A stretch of DNA of 64,000 nt. It comes from Mobula hypostoma. Taxonomy: Eukaryota. Location of the stretch: NCBI RefSeq assembly GCF_963921235.1, contig NC_086104.1:148862001-148926000 (forward strand), given 5' to 3'. The translations under genes and the position numbers were made by a program. Position 1 is the first letter of the stretch; the number at the start of each line of letters is the position of its first letter. Of this stretch, positions 39,201 through 47,818 are shown piece after piece. The notes beneath the pieces were generated by a model. The model had not been told where the DNA came from, searched no databases, and saw only the letters and a list, made by a program, of their open reading frames with translations.

Positions 39201-39774
39201 TTGACCTACCAGGCATCTTATCACTCCTCTCCAACCCCATCACAGGATATCATGCCCATAAACGTCCCAACATTAATATATCCCTCCTCTTTCAAACAAT
39301 TTCTACCTTTTGCTACCATTCTCTCATCAAGCCCCCACCTGCTCAACTTCTTTCTCCAAGCACCCTTCCCACCTCTTCCCGATGTGCCCCTCCAAAGTCC
39401 AAAGCTTCCTTACTGCCCGCCTCACCAATCTGACCCCAGATCTCGTGTTATCCCTGGCCACTGCCCCTGCAGACGAATTGTGTGTGTCCCCAGCACCTAC
39501 GCTGTGACAGGCAGGGCTGAGAAAAACAAAAAGGGAAAAAAAAGAACTAAATCCACATAAAATCAAACCTCTCCCTTGGCCTGTGCTCTCACCCCAATGA
39601 AAACTCTTGTTTCTCCTCCTCTTCTTCTTCTTTCTCTTCCCTCCCTCCCTCTTCTCCTTCCCCTTCCCTCCTCGCCATCCCCCTCGCCCCTCTCCGTCCC
39701 CCGACCTGACCGGTTACCTCGATCAGTCTCTCATCGAGACCCATCTCGTGGAACTCCAGCCTCTCCGTCGCCAT
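12184..39774 (-). CDS. DDX56: DEAD-box RNA helicase DDX56 (Dbp9/NOH61 orthologue), 14 coding exons, 556 aa
   Basis: Exons joined by hand: 39718-39774, 38906-39067, 36967-37121, 36706-36876, 30243-30333, 29222-29463, 27027-27155, 24680-24793, 21951-22045, 20364-20437, 19007-19096, 17954-18059, 15321-15418, 12184-12270. All introns are GT-AG, phases are consistent, total 1671 nt. Motifs present: Q motif ([10 protein letters not shown]), I (ARTGSGKT), Ia (PTKEL), II (DEAD), III (SAT), V (SRGID), VI (HRVGRTAR), plus DDX56-specific [16 protein letters not shown] and VPDYL. Confidence 0.97.
15321..15418 (-). CDS. DDX56: DDX56 exon 13 ([33 protein letters not shown])
   Basis: P.TLRG and basic tail; TAG| acceptor, |GTGAG donor; phase fits. 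Confidence 0.9.
16917..17449 (-). mobile_element. Tc1-like element, same family
   Basis: TA-CACTCAGTGGCCTCTTTATTAGGTAC left TIR; homologous interior; right TIR decayed. Confidence 0.8.
17704..17918. mobile_element. hAT MITE with perfect 8-bp TSD
   Basis: TIR CAGGGGTCCCCAACC / GGTTGGGGACCACTG; TSD CTTTAAAG on both sides. Confidence 0.9.
17954..18059 (-). CDS. DDX56: DDX56 exon 12 ([35 protein letters not shown])
   Basis: YFEDNP and VPDYL; |GTGAGT donor. Confidence 0.96.
18135..18660 (-). mobile_element. CR1 3' fragment
   Basis: [18 protein letters not shown]...FFRQRVV. Confidence 0.85.
18698..18990. repeat. Minisatellite, unit about 42 bp, about 7 diverged copies
   Basis: Repeated ACTGGTTCACTAACACT..CAGAGGATGGGG..CCATAACT. 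Confidence 0.85.
19007..19096 (-). CDS. DDX56: DDX56 exon 11 ([30 protein letters not shown])
   Basis: Conserved C-terminal helix; AG/GT boundaries. Confidence 0.96.
19480..19833 (+). mobile_element. Non-autonomous RTE-type SINE (other copies 27455-27822, 35761-36535, 40547-40902 minus)
   Basis: Four related copies; 3' part AGAAGGCAATGGCAAACCAC...TTTGCCAAG resembles BovB/Sauria-type RTE-derived tails; no tRNA box B. Confidence 0.65.
20364..20437 (-). CDS. DDX56: DDX56 exon 10 ([25 protein letters not shown])
   Basis: DDX56-specific IEGFRYRC; AG/GT boundaries. Confidence 0.95.
21150..21351. repeat. Palindromic Penelope-terminus element
   Basis: CAACACACACAAAGTGCTGGAG... is inverted against ...CTCCAGTGTTTTGTGTGTGTTG. 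Confidence 0.75.
21951..22045 (-). CDS. DDX56: DDX56 exon 9 ([18 protein letters not shown]...EALTG)
   Basis: End of motif VI; AG/GT boundaries. Confidence 0.94.
23186..23750 (-). mobile_element. Penelope-like element 3' fragment (GIY-YIG end and pLTR)
   Basis: YLGET.RNLGDCF.KH...VAKHFNS...DEATLR; terminal repeat with hammerhead-like core. Confidence 0.8.
24067..24660 (+). mobile_element. CR1 3' fragment with 5' foldback duplication
   Basis: ORF 24303-24608 ([22 protein letters not shown]); 24067-24181 is the reverse complement of about 24205-24317. Confidence 0.85.
24680..24793 (-). CDS. DDX56: DDX56 exon 8 ([38 protein letters not shown])
   Basis: Motifs V and VI; donor AG|GTAAGT. Confidence 0.96.
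24997..25499 (-). mobile_element. Tc1-like non-autonomous DNA transposon
   Basis: TIRs CAC..TGGCCACTTTATTAGGTAC and CCTAATAAAGTGGTCACTGAGTG, TA flanks; transposase N-terminus DLSDFDHG...[14 protein letters not shown]. Confidence 0.85.
27027..27155 (-). CDS. DDX56: DDX56 exon 7 ([20 protein letters not shown]...GKGAK)
   Basis: IIATD motif and basic insertion; AG/GT boundaries. Confidence 0.95.
27455..27822 (+). mobile_element. RTE-type SINE copy
   Basis: Same family as 19480-19833; (TGA)n tail. Confidence 0.65.
29222..29463 (-). CDS. DDX56: DDX56 exon 6 ([12 protein letters not shown]...[10 protein letters not shown])
   Basis: [17 protein letters not shown] and [10 protein letters not shown]; AG/GT boundaries. 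Confidence 0.96.
30243..30333 (-). CDS. DDX56: DDX56 exon 5 ([30 protein letters not shown])
   Basis: SAT motif; AG/GT boundaries. Confidence 0.96.
31185..31998 (-). mobile_element. Degenerate CR1 RT fragment
   Basis: Reverse complement reads as decayed YLDFQK.FDKV...DDTK sequence. Confidence 0.7.
32114..32518 (+). mobile_element. 5'-truncated L1-like retrocopy with 14-bp TSD
   Basis: TSD AAAGAATTTGATGA at 32100-32113 and 32519-32532; ORF end [10 protein letters not shown]; AATAAA and A-rich tail. Confidence 0.8.
34070..34790 (-). mobile_element. Degenerate Rex1 3' fragment
   Basis: [19 protein letters not shown]. Confidence 0.8.
35761..36535 (+). mobile_element. RTE-type SINE copy carrying two nested insertions
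   Basis: Family sequence interrupted at about 35995-36110 and 36246-36496. Confidence 0.65.
36706..36876 (-). CDS. DDX56: DDX56 exon 4 ([16 protein letters not shown]...[21 protein letters not shown])
   Basis: DEAD box; follows a 90-nt intron; |GTAAG donor. Confidence 0.96.
36967..37121 (-). CDS. DDX56: DDX56 exon 3 ([21 protein letters not shown]...DISAQR)
   Basis: CAG| acceptor, |GTAGAA donor; motif Ia. Confidence 0.95.
37240..37715 (+). mobile_element. Penelope-like element 3' fragment with pLTR
   Basis: Same pyrimidine-rich 3' region and terminus as 23186-23750; CTGAAGA...GAAACGTC core. Confidence 0.75.
37855..38168 (-). mobile_element. V-SINE copy
   Basis: Reverse complement of tRNA head (GAGTTCGATTCCC) and V-domain. 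Confidence 0.75.
38906..39067 (-). CDS. DDX56: DDX56 exon 2 ([54 protein letters not shown])
   Basis: TAG| acceptor, |GTAATC donor; Q motif and Walker A. Confidence 0.96.
39718..39774 (-). CDS. DDX56: DDX56 coding exon 1 ([19 protein letters not shown])
   Basis: AAGATGG Kozak context; donor GAG|GTAACC; resembles the DDX56 N-terminus F.eMGLD.RL. Confidence 0.92.
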
Positions 39775-39900
39775 CTTCACGTTGGATGACGTCACGTGCC
39801 CCTTCACCTCTCACCTTCACTCGCACTCAGCGTTGCGCACTGCCCCACAGTGGTGGGAAAGTGTAACTGCAGCCTGCGCCCGACTGCCTTCAGCAGCTCC
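39770..39900 (-). promoter_or_regulatory. DDX56 CpG-rich promoter/5' leader
   Basis: CRE TGACGTCA (39787-39794) overlaps E-box CACGTG (39793-39798); YY1-type AAGATGGCG over the ATG; ZNF143/SBS-like TTACACTTTCCCACCAC near 39850-39868; CpG-dense and TATA-less. Confidence 0.7.
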
Positions 39901-40011
39901 GGGTCAAAGTAATTGTTTAAAGACCACTCGATTTGGTTCTTTCCTCAAGAAAACGTTTAAATTACAGCCTCGGCGTCCAAAAATAGAATTATTTATCAGT
40001 AGAGTCTGCAT

Positions 40012-40312
40012 TGTGCGCCACAGTAGCGTAGCAGTTAGCGTAAACGCTTTACATCGCCAGCGATCAGGATTCAATCCCCGCCTTTGTCTGCAAGGGGTTG
40101 TACGTTTTCCCTGTGACTATGTGGGTTTCCTCCAGATGCTCTGGTTTCCTCCCACATTCCAGAAGATTGGGGTTAGAAAGTTGGGGCATGTTACATTGGT
40201 GCAACACTTGTGGGCTGCCCCACTGTCTGACTGTGTTGGTCGTTGGCGCAAAAGACGGGATTTCACGGTATGTTTCGATGTACATATGCTCATTAAGACT
40301 AATTTATTTAAA
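40012..40312 (+). mobile_element. tRNA-derived V-SINE (HE1-like)
   Basis: Box A-like TAGCGTAGCAG; box B-like GGATTCAATCCC; V-domain GTGGGTTTCCTCCAGATGCTCTGGTTTCCTCCCAC. Confidence 0.8.
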
Positions 40313-40336
40313 CCTGTACATTCTAGCAAAGATCGT

Positions 40337-40510
40337 CGGCTGGTGGCGCGGTGAGATCAGCGCCGGGCTCGAGAATGGAGGTTCCCGAGTTCGATCCAGT
40401 GACAGACCGCTCCCGAGCGCGCTTTCCATCCGCGCCGGGTTGATGTCGAGCTCGCAACTCGACCTCGTAAAATAAAACACTGCCACCTCCAGTTTAAATA
40501 TTGTGGACGA
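40337..40510 (+). mobile_element. Second tRNA-derived SINE family, CpG-rich
   Basis: TGGCGCGGTGAG (box A), GAGTTCGATCC (box B); its tail GCCACCTCCAGTTTAAA also occurs reversed at 8061-8077. Confidence 0.7.
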
Positions 40511-40546
40511 TTATTGTGGTATCAGTCAATTTAAGACTAATTTGTT

Positions 40547-40902
40547 CATTATGTAACATGACATGTGTGTACATGGTCTTTCCATGACTATGATTGTTCT
40601 TGGCAAATTTTTCTACATAAGTGGTTTGCCATTGCCTTCTTCTGGGCAGTGTCTTTATCCTCAGAGATTGCCTGGTGTCGGTGGTTGCAAAACCAGGACT
40701 TGTGATATGCACCAGCTGCTCGTACGATCATCCGCCACCTGCTCCCATGGTTTCTCATGACGCTGATTGGAGGGGTGTGTGATGGGGGAGTGGAAGCTAA
40801 GCAGGTGCTACACCTTGCCCAAGGGTGATCTACAGGGGGCTAGCGGAGCTACAGAGTGCCTTACACCTCCTTTGGTAGAAACATATCTTCACCCCCTCCC
40901 CC
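40547..40902 (-). mobile_element. RTE-type SINE copy
   Basis: Reverse complement of the same family. Confidence 0.65.
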
Positions 40903-41197
40903 ATTCTAATTTATGGTTGGGAGCTACATAAATGCAGGCAGCATTCTTCCATTCAAGCAAAATTCATCGTAAAATATAAAGCAATGATGGCCTGGCCTCA
41001 GCGCCCTCCAAGATCATCTTCTGATCTTGAGTCCAGTCTTAGGCGCAGGTTGAGTTTACTCTCGCTTCTTCTAGAGGGAGAGAGCTCTGTGATCCACATC
41101 TTGCAGTAGAGGACAGCTCAGTTACATCCTCACAAATGTGCATATGGAAGAACCTTCTAGGCCAGTCTGTACAGAAGGTTTGAAGTTAATAACTCAT

Positions 41198-41497
41198 CAG
41201 GGGTGATTGATAAGTTGGTGACCTAAGGTAGGAGGAGATGGGTTATTAACTTCAGACTTTCTGCATAATCACTCAAAGAGTTGAAATGCATGTGCATGTA
41301 AGGAGAGCTGTATAACTCATCTCCTTCTACCATAGGCCACGAACTTATCAATTACTCATCTGTGGACACTATGCTCCAAGACTGCTGGACTAAGTGTGTA
41401 AATGTAGGAGGGGACTATGTTGAAAAATAAATGTGCTAGGTTTTCTAAAATTGATTCCTTCGACCTTAGGCCACAAACTTATCAATCACCCCTTGTA
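41198..41497 (+). mobile_element. Mariner-derived MITE with an extra internal TIR
   Basis: TIR AGGGGTGATTGATAAGTT / AACTTATCAATCACCCCT; transposase C-terminus WTKCVNVGGDYVEK*. Confidence 0.82.
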
Positions 41498-41684
41498 TTT
41501 TTACTATATACTACTTTGAGATGCATTTTCTTGCAGGTATTTACAGGAAAGTAAAGAAATGCACCAGTATTTATGAAAAACTATACATAAGCAAAGACTG
41601 ACAAATGACCAATGTGCAAAAGAAGACACTGTAACGAGCTCTTTGGGCGCAGGAGAGTATTGGGCTGCGAGGATTTTACAAGCA

Positions 41685-42460
41685 CCTGTCTGTCTGTCTG
41701 TGTCTTGTTTTACGGCGGTTGGCACCCAGCTTAATGGTGCATTACTGCCACCTTCTGCTCCGGAATGTGCAATAGACGTACATTCTAAATCCCTTCACCC
41801 AATCACACACACACACACACACACACAGAGAACATAGAACAGTACAGCACAGCACAGTACAGGCCCTTCAGCCCACAATGTTGTGCCGACCCTCAAACCC
41901 TGCCTCCCATATAAGCCCCCACCCCTTAGATTCCTCCATATACCTGTCTAGTAGTCTCTTAAACTTCACTAGTGTATCTGCCTCCACCACTGACTCAGGC
42001 AGTGCATTCCACGCATCAACCACTCTCTGAGTAAAAAACCTTCCTCTAATATCCCCCTTGAACTTCCCACCCCTTACCTTAAAGCCATGTCCTCTTGTAT
42101 TGAGCCATGGTGCCCTGGGGAAGAGGCGCTGGCTATCCACTCTATCTATTCCTCTTATTATCTTGTACACCTCTATCATGTCTCCTCTCATCCTCCTTCT
42201 CTCCAAAGAGTAAAGCCCTAGCTTTACTTTACCCTAACCTATACTTTATCCTCCCATCTTTGGCCATCCTAATACCCTATTCCTGTTTGTCCGTCATATC
42301 CTATAAAAAAAACCCTGTACCCCTTAAGAAAGCTAAAAATACCCTAACCTGTGCTCTCTCACCCATGCCCAGCAACCCTTTTAATGTGAATTCCTGCACC
42401 CCCAATTCCCTGAGTTTAATTCTTATCATCTCTCTTTGTATCCCATACTTCCTGCAACTC
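41685..42460 (-). mobile_element. Second copy of the Nimb-like 3' end, split by a CR1
   Basis: 41685-41826 and 42225-42460 are near-identical to the reverse complement of parts of 61530-61866. Confidence 0.8.
41827..42222 (-). mobile_element. CR1 3' fragment inserted into a Nimb/I-group element
   Basis: RGDMIEVYKII...NTRGHGFKV...FFTQRVV. Confidence 0.85.
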
Positions 42461-42714
42461 TTTTACGAGCACCTGAATTGGTTCATTGTTGTTAACGAGT
42501 GTCGTTAATCGTTTAGAGTTCCTTGTGTTTCTCAAGCGGCTGGCTCTTTGTATTGCGGTCACTTGGTGCTTTCCGTTTAACCTTGTTCAGTTTATTTCGA
42601 AAGGCACTGAGATGCCGTGGTTGTCTGACAGGAGACGGGTCTCAAGATTGAATAATGCATACATACTTTGACAATGAATGTACTTTGAACTTAATGAAGA
42701 ATGAAAACACACGG

Positions 42715-42748
42715 CAGCTCTTTACTGTGGCTCTTAAAAGAGCCTTTG
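42715..42748 (-). terminator. Histone stem-loop and HDE of H3 pseudogene
   Basis: Minus strand CAAA-GGCTCT TTTA AGAGCC (42744-42729)-ACAGT-AAAGAGCTG. Confidence 0.85.
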
Positions 42749-42768
42749 TTGGGTTGAGAGTGAGAATT

Positions 42769-43056
42769 TCAAGCACACTACCTGTAGTTGCAACAGGTTA
42801 GCTGCATGTCCTCAGGGTGCTGGCAAATTTGGAATGGATGAAGCAAAGGTCAGTATCCTCACAGAGCCCTACCAGCCTCCTGCGGGTCTATAATGACAGA
42901 GCTCTGGGAGTGGTGGTGTCCCGAAGTCCCTGGAAGCACAGTTTGTGGAGGAGCAACTCGGATGTCACTGGTACCAGATCTCCCTCAGAGCCACAGTGCT
43001 AGGTCGGCAGCACTGCATCCATGGCTGGCGTCACTTTAGTCACCGGTTGCTTCTCA
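42769..43056 (-). pseudogene. Histone H3 pseudogene (5' part lost, frameshifts and stops)
   Basis: Recognisable fragments KQPVTKV, RPSTVALREI, SELLLHKLCFQ, SQSSVIIDPQEA, LVGLCEDTDLCFIHSK, PEDMQL. Confidence 0.85.
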
Positions 43057-43320
43057 GTTTAGTGATAAGGAGCTAGCACAGTAGTGTTGAAATAGATATG
43101 ATCAATGAGTTTTGCGTGGGTGTTGACCGATTTCTACTTTTGTTCTCACAAGTACTAGTCACACCGAGTTCTATTTTTCAGCCTGAAGACCAGATCGTTA
43201 AAGATCCCGAGATCTTACCACGCGCGCACATCATACCGATTGGTAATAAATGAATACAAGGAGACGAAGAAAACAACAGGACCGTCAGGTAGAATAAACA
43301 GGGAAGCGTCTCTTTACAGC

Positions 43321-43512
43321 GGTACTTAAAAGAGTCTTTGTCGGGCTGAGAGTGAGGGAGAGTTCCCTGTCGACCTGCCTTGAAGTCCCGAGCGATGTCA
43401 GGACGACTAGTGGAGGGAACAGCTCAGTGGGGTTTTAGTAGCGCCGGGTTCACTTTAGTCACCGGCTGTCGGGGCGACGGGAGAAACGTGCCCCCTGGGC
43501 CATTCGTGCCAT
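43321..43512 (-). pseudogene. Second, heavily deleted histone H3 pseudogene with degenerate stem-loop
   Basis: MARMAQGARFS (cf. MARTKQTARKS), QPVTKV, RRY*NPTEL, IARDFK; stem-loop remnant GACTCTTTTAAGTACC followed by AAAGAG. Confidence 0.75.
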
Positions 43513-43519
43513 CCATCTC

Positions 43520-43660
43520 AGTTCGGAATCGCCGCCTAACCCGCTGAGGAGATGGTTCGTGAGGCAGTGGCCAATCGGGCTTCTCTATCACAGCGAAGGC
43601 CCCGCCTTCCCTCACGCTGATTGGCCCGCGCCCCTGCCAATCCGAATCTGAAGCAGGAGC
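43520..43660 (-). promoter_or_regulatory. Retained H3-type promoter
   Basis: CCAAT at 43571, ATTGG at 43620, CCAAT at 43637; GC boxes; CpG-rich. Confidence 0.65.
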
Positions 43661-43704
43661 CGTCCCTTTGGAAAAACCCGTCAACTTCAGAGCAAGAACG
43701 AGAT

Positions 43705-43870
43705 GGAGTCTCCCCACCACCACCACCACCGCTCCATCCGCCACAAGCGGAACATCCCGGTGGCTAAACATTTTAATTCCAATTCCCGTTCTCATTCCGA
43801 CATGAGGCCACCCTGAGGGTGGAGGAGCAACATCTTATACAGTATTGCGTTCTGGGCATTCTGGCCTCAT
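43705..43870 (+). mobile_element. Penelope GIY-YIG fragment
   Basis: [16 protein letters not shown], then EATLRVEEQHLI after a frameshift. Confidence 0.7.
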
Positions 43871-43959
43871 ACCTTCTCTTTCCCTTCTTCTGAGGTACGC
43901 AGGTGTTTCCAACGAGTGGACAGTCGCAAGGCCCCCTCTCCCAGTATACGGTGCCCTCC

Positions 43960-45238
43960 TGCTTCAGTTTATCCACCATTGCCCCTGTACCAATAAAAAA
44001 CCAAGGTAACATGTCTGAACGACTGGCGTCCTGTCACACTCATCTCAATAATAAGCAAATGCTTTGAGAGGCTGGTCAAGGATTACATCTGCAGCCTGCT
44101 GCCACCCACACTGAACCCCTATAATTTGCCTACTGACAAAACCAATCGACAGACGACACAATAGCCACTGCTCTACATACCGTCCTTACACATCTGGAGA
44201 AGAAGGATGCTTAAGTGAGAATGCTGTTCTTGGACTACAGTTAAGCGTTCAACACTATAGTTCCATCCAGGCTCGACAGGAAGCTCAGAGACCTCGGCCT
44301 TCACCCTGCCTTGTGCAGCTGGATCCTGGACTTCCTGTCAGATCACCAGCAGGTGGTAAGAGTGGGCTCCCTCACCTCCACCCCCCTGACTCTCAATACA
44401 GGAGCCCCTCAGGGATGTGTACTAAGTCCCCTCCTTTACTCCCTGTATACTCATGACTGTGTTGCCACCCACAGCTCTAATCTGCTAATTAAATTTGCCA
44501 GTGACACTACATTGATTGGCCTAATCTCAAACAACAACGAGGTGGCCTACTGGGAAGAAGTCATCTCTCTAACACAGTGGTGTCAAGAAAACAACCTCTC
44601 CCTCAATGTCGCAAAAACAAAGGAGCTGGTTGTGGATTACAGGAGGAATGGAGATGGGCTAACCCCTACAATTGGATCTGGGGTTGAGAGGATAAACAGC
44701 TTCAAGTTCCTCAACATCCACATTAAAGAGGACCTCACATGGTCTGAACACGCCAGCTGTGTGGTGAAAAAGGCACAACAATGAGCCCCCAAATCCTAAG
44801 AACTTTCTACAGGGGCACTATTGAGAGCATCCTGACTGGCAACATAACTGCCTGGTATGGGAACTCTACCTCCCTTAATCGCAGGATTCTGCAGAGGGTG
44901 GTGTGGACAGCCCAGCGCATTTGTAGTTGTGAACAGGACATTTACAAAGACGGGTGTGAGAAAAGGGACATAGGATCATTGGGGACCCAAGTCACCCCAA
45001 CCACAATCTATTCCAGCTTCTACCATCTGGGAAATGGTACCGCAGCACAAAAGCCAGGACCAACAGACTCTGGGACAGCTTCTTCCACCAGGCCATCAGA
45101 CTGATTAACTCACACTGATTTGAGTGTATTCTATGTTACATTGACTGTTCTATTTATTATAAATTACTATGAGTGCATGTTGCACATTTAGACAGAGATG
45201 TAACATAAAGAGTTTTACTCCTCATGTGTGTGAAGGAT
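43960..45238 (+). mobile_element. Rex1/Babar LINE 3' fragment (different family)
   Basis: [46 protein letters not shown]. Confidence 0.88.
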
Positions 45239-45934
45239 GTGTTATGTACCCCTAGGGGTCATATTTTCTATGGACTATACCTTTAAAAAGAGAGAGAGAG
45301 TTGTACAACACAAACACCTTGTTATTAAGAGAGAGAGAGGTGAACACTGCTTTGAGATGGTGTTATGGTTTCTCTGCAGCATGTTTACACTTTTGCAAGG
45401 ACACTGTCAGCTTCTGTGTTCCTACAGAGAGAGAAGGGAGGAGCTACTTAATGGACAGCCGGTGTTCGGCACGGTAACGAAGGGTTCCAGCCCGAAACAT
45501 TGACTGATCATTTCCATGGATGCTGCCTGACATGCTGAGTTCCTCCAGCGTGTTATGAGTGTTACTATGACCACTACACTGACATGGACTTCAATTTCTT
45601 GTTGTTCTGATTGTGTTCTTTCCTGTAAAAATTATGCATAATTTATATTTTATTTATGTTTCGCTGTGGATGGTACGTGCCTGTGATGTTGTTGCAACTA
45701 AGTTTTTCATTGCACCTGTGCATACGTCTTGTGTGTATGACAATAAATTCAATCATGTTACTGTATTATATCTCTAAATAAGTTTTTAAAAATATCAAAA
45801 TAATAAGAAATATATACAAAGGAAGAAAGTGCAAAAGAAATCTTTAACATTCATGGTTGCTATATTCAGTAGTATAAACTTTAAAAAACAACTAATGACA
45901 TTGCCACACACTCAGCTTCCCCTTTCATTGTTTG

Positions 45935-46405
45935 AGGGGTTTCCTTATCCAACTGCGGTCAAAGGTGTTAACTTGGAAGGACTTTTCTACAGAGGACCAG
46001 TAGTGCAGCAGCATTAAGCTGACTAAGGCGTTGTATAGTCGAAGGGTCAGGTTTAACCTTCCCCACACCAGGGAAAGGTAGAACCTCAGAACGTGGTGAC
46101 ACCTGATGCACACAGACTTTTGTTCCACATACCACCTGATACAGCCACATATGAAAGTGGTCATCAGGATGAGGACAACGTTGGGTCCCATTCTGTGGGG
46201 ACCTGACCCAATAGACCTACTCCATCTCGGATAAACTGGAAGATATCCTGAGTGATTCCTGAAACAGAGAGGTGGGGGAAACAGGCCAAGCATGCACCAG
46301 ATAAAGCAGCCTTGGGAGTATATCACACCTGGTAAACAAATTCTTCCCAGATATTGACAGAGATTTCAATTTCCACAGACACAGCTTTTGCTTATATCCC
46401 AATCT
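45935..46405 (-). mobile_element. L1/Tx1-clade LINE ORF2 fragment
   Basis: KLCLWKLKSLSISGKNL...LLYL..AWP and PNVVLILMTTFICGC...HVLRFYLS. Confidence 0.7.
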
Positions 46406-47644
46406 GCTCCAGCCAATTCTTATTACACACCACAGCTCCCCTCTCCGTCAAAACCACGGACTCTGCTGTGGGGCCACACAACAGGTTCGGCAATTGCTCT
46501 CGTGAGTTTGCTTGTTTCAGCTAATTACTGTCTCATTACAGTGGTACTTAACTCCATTCCTTTTATTCTAGTCTTGTCAAGACTTGACCAAAACCACAGC
46601 AATGTTTACAGTCCCTGCTTACCCTCATCCCTGTTGGGGAAAGAGGACTACCGTTTTGACTGATGCCGTAAAGGAACAGCATTCATTTAGTATTTAGTTA
46701 TTTATTGCTTCCAGCCACAGTATTGGAATTAAACTTTCAATTTGAGTGTTTTAGTTAAAGACCATGTTGGCCTAGTGTTTATTGTTTTTCTACAACAGTT
46801 CTCATTAAAGTCAGTGAACTGTTGATCTGCTTCAGTACCTCTCTGCACTTGGGCTATATCTGAATGTTTTGACAAAGGGGAGAGCAGAGAATGAGATTTT
46901 ACTTGAAAATATACGACAGGAACTCTAGGAGCTGAATGCCCTCTTTCTGCGTGAGTTCAATGATGTAGCAATGCCGACACAAACTTCTGAAAGATTCTCA
47001 TTCACTTTTTCACTTGCTTTTTGCAACAAGGATCAATCTCACTCCCAAGTGATGCAGATGATCAATCTGTAACACAGAACGGGAGAATTAAGATTGTTCC
47101 CTCTTCGCCTGCACAATAATTTAGAAAGGTAAGATTGCTCCAACATTATGATCACAATCAGATGGGAAAACACTGTGTCAATGTTACAACAGTGTAGTTA
47201 CAGCTAATGTCTTAGAAAATGTCTTAGTCTTGTGCACTAAAATCTTTCCTTAATACCACTTTAGCTCTTGGGCAAAACCATCCTATGTGTTCACAAGCTG
47301 CATGGCTATCCGATTAAAAACAACAGCATGAAATAGCACAAATTACAAACTATCTGATAGATAAACATTATTTCGTCCTGCCTGGCCTAGGGAATTGGTA
47401 TTCCTGCAAGGAGCAGTTTACATTGAAAGATGTTTTTGGTTTTAGGAGTTTTCAAATGCAGCTTCTTGGAAGACTTTTGAAGTTTCAGAGGAGTGAAAGG
47501 CAAACAAAAGTGCTCAGTGAATTCCATGAGCATCAGGAAGTCAATCACCGTTGGGATACGTAGTGCTGAGAAACAGGGAGTGTGCACACAGTCTTGGATT
47601 AGGAGAATGGACAAAGAATTGGCAGGTGGAATACAGTCACAAAC

Positions 47645-47818
47645 ACAACACACACAAAATGCTGGAGGAAGTCAGCAGGTCGGGCAGCATCTATGGAAAA
47701 GAGTAAACAGGACTCATCATTCCTGACGGAAGGGGTTCAGTATGAAATGTTGACTGTTTATTCATTTCCATAGATGCTGCCTGACCTACTGATTTCCTCC
47801 AGCATTTTGTGTCTGTTG
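47645..47818. repeat. Palindromic Penelope-terminus element
   Basis: Inverted arms of about 65 nt: ACAAAATGCTGGAGGAA...TTCCTCCAGCATTTTGT. Confidence 0.8.

Noticed and set aside
39782-40354. 190-aa plus-strand ORF divergent from DDX56
   Set aside because: Runs through GC-rich promoter and V-SINE sequence with no recognisable protein features.
40012-40400. tRNA genes
   Set aside because: Box A/B motifs continue into SINE bodies and I could not fold a complete cloverleaf.
45240-46874. Possible solo LTR (TG...CA) interrupted by other repeats
   Set aside because: No TSD, primer-binding site or second LTR could be confirmed by eye.
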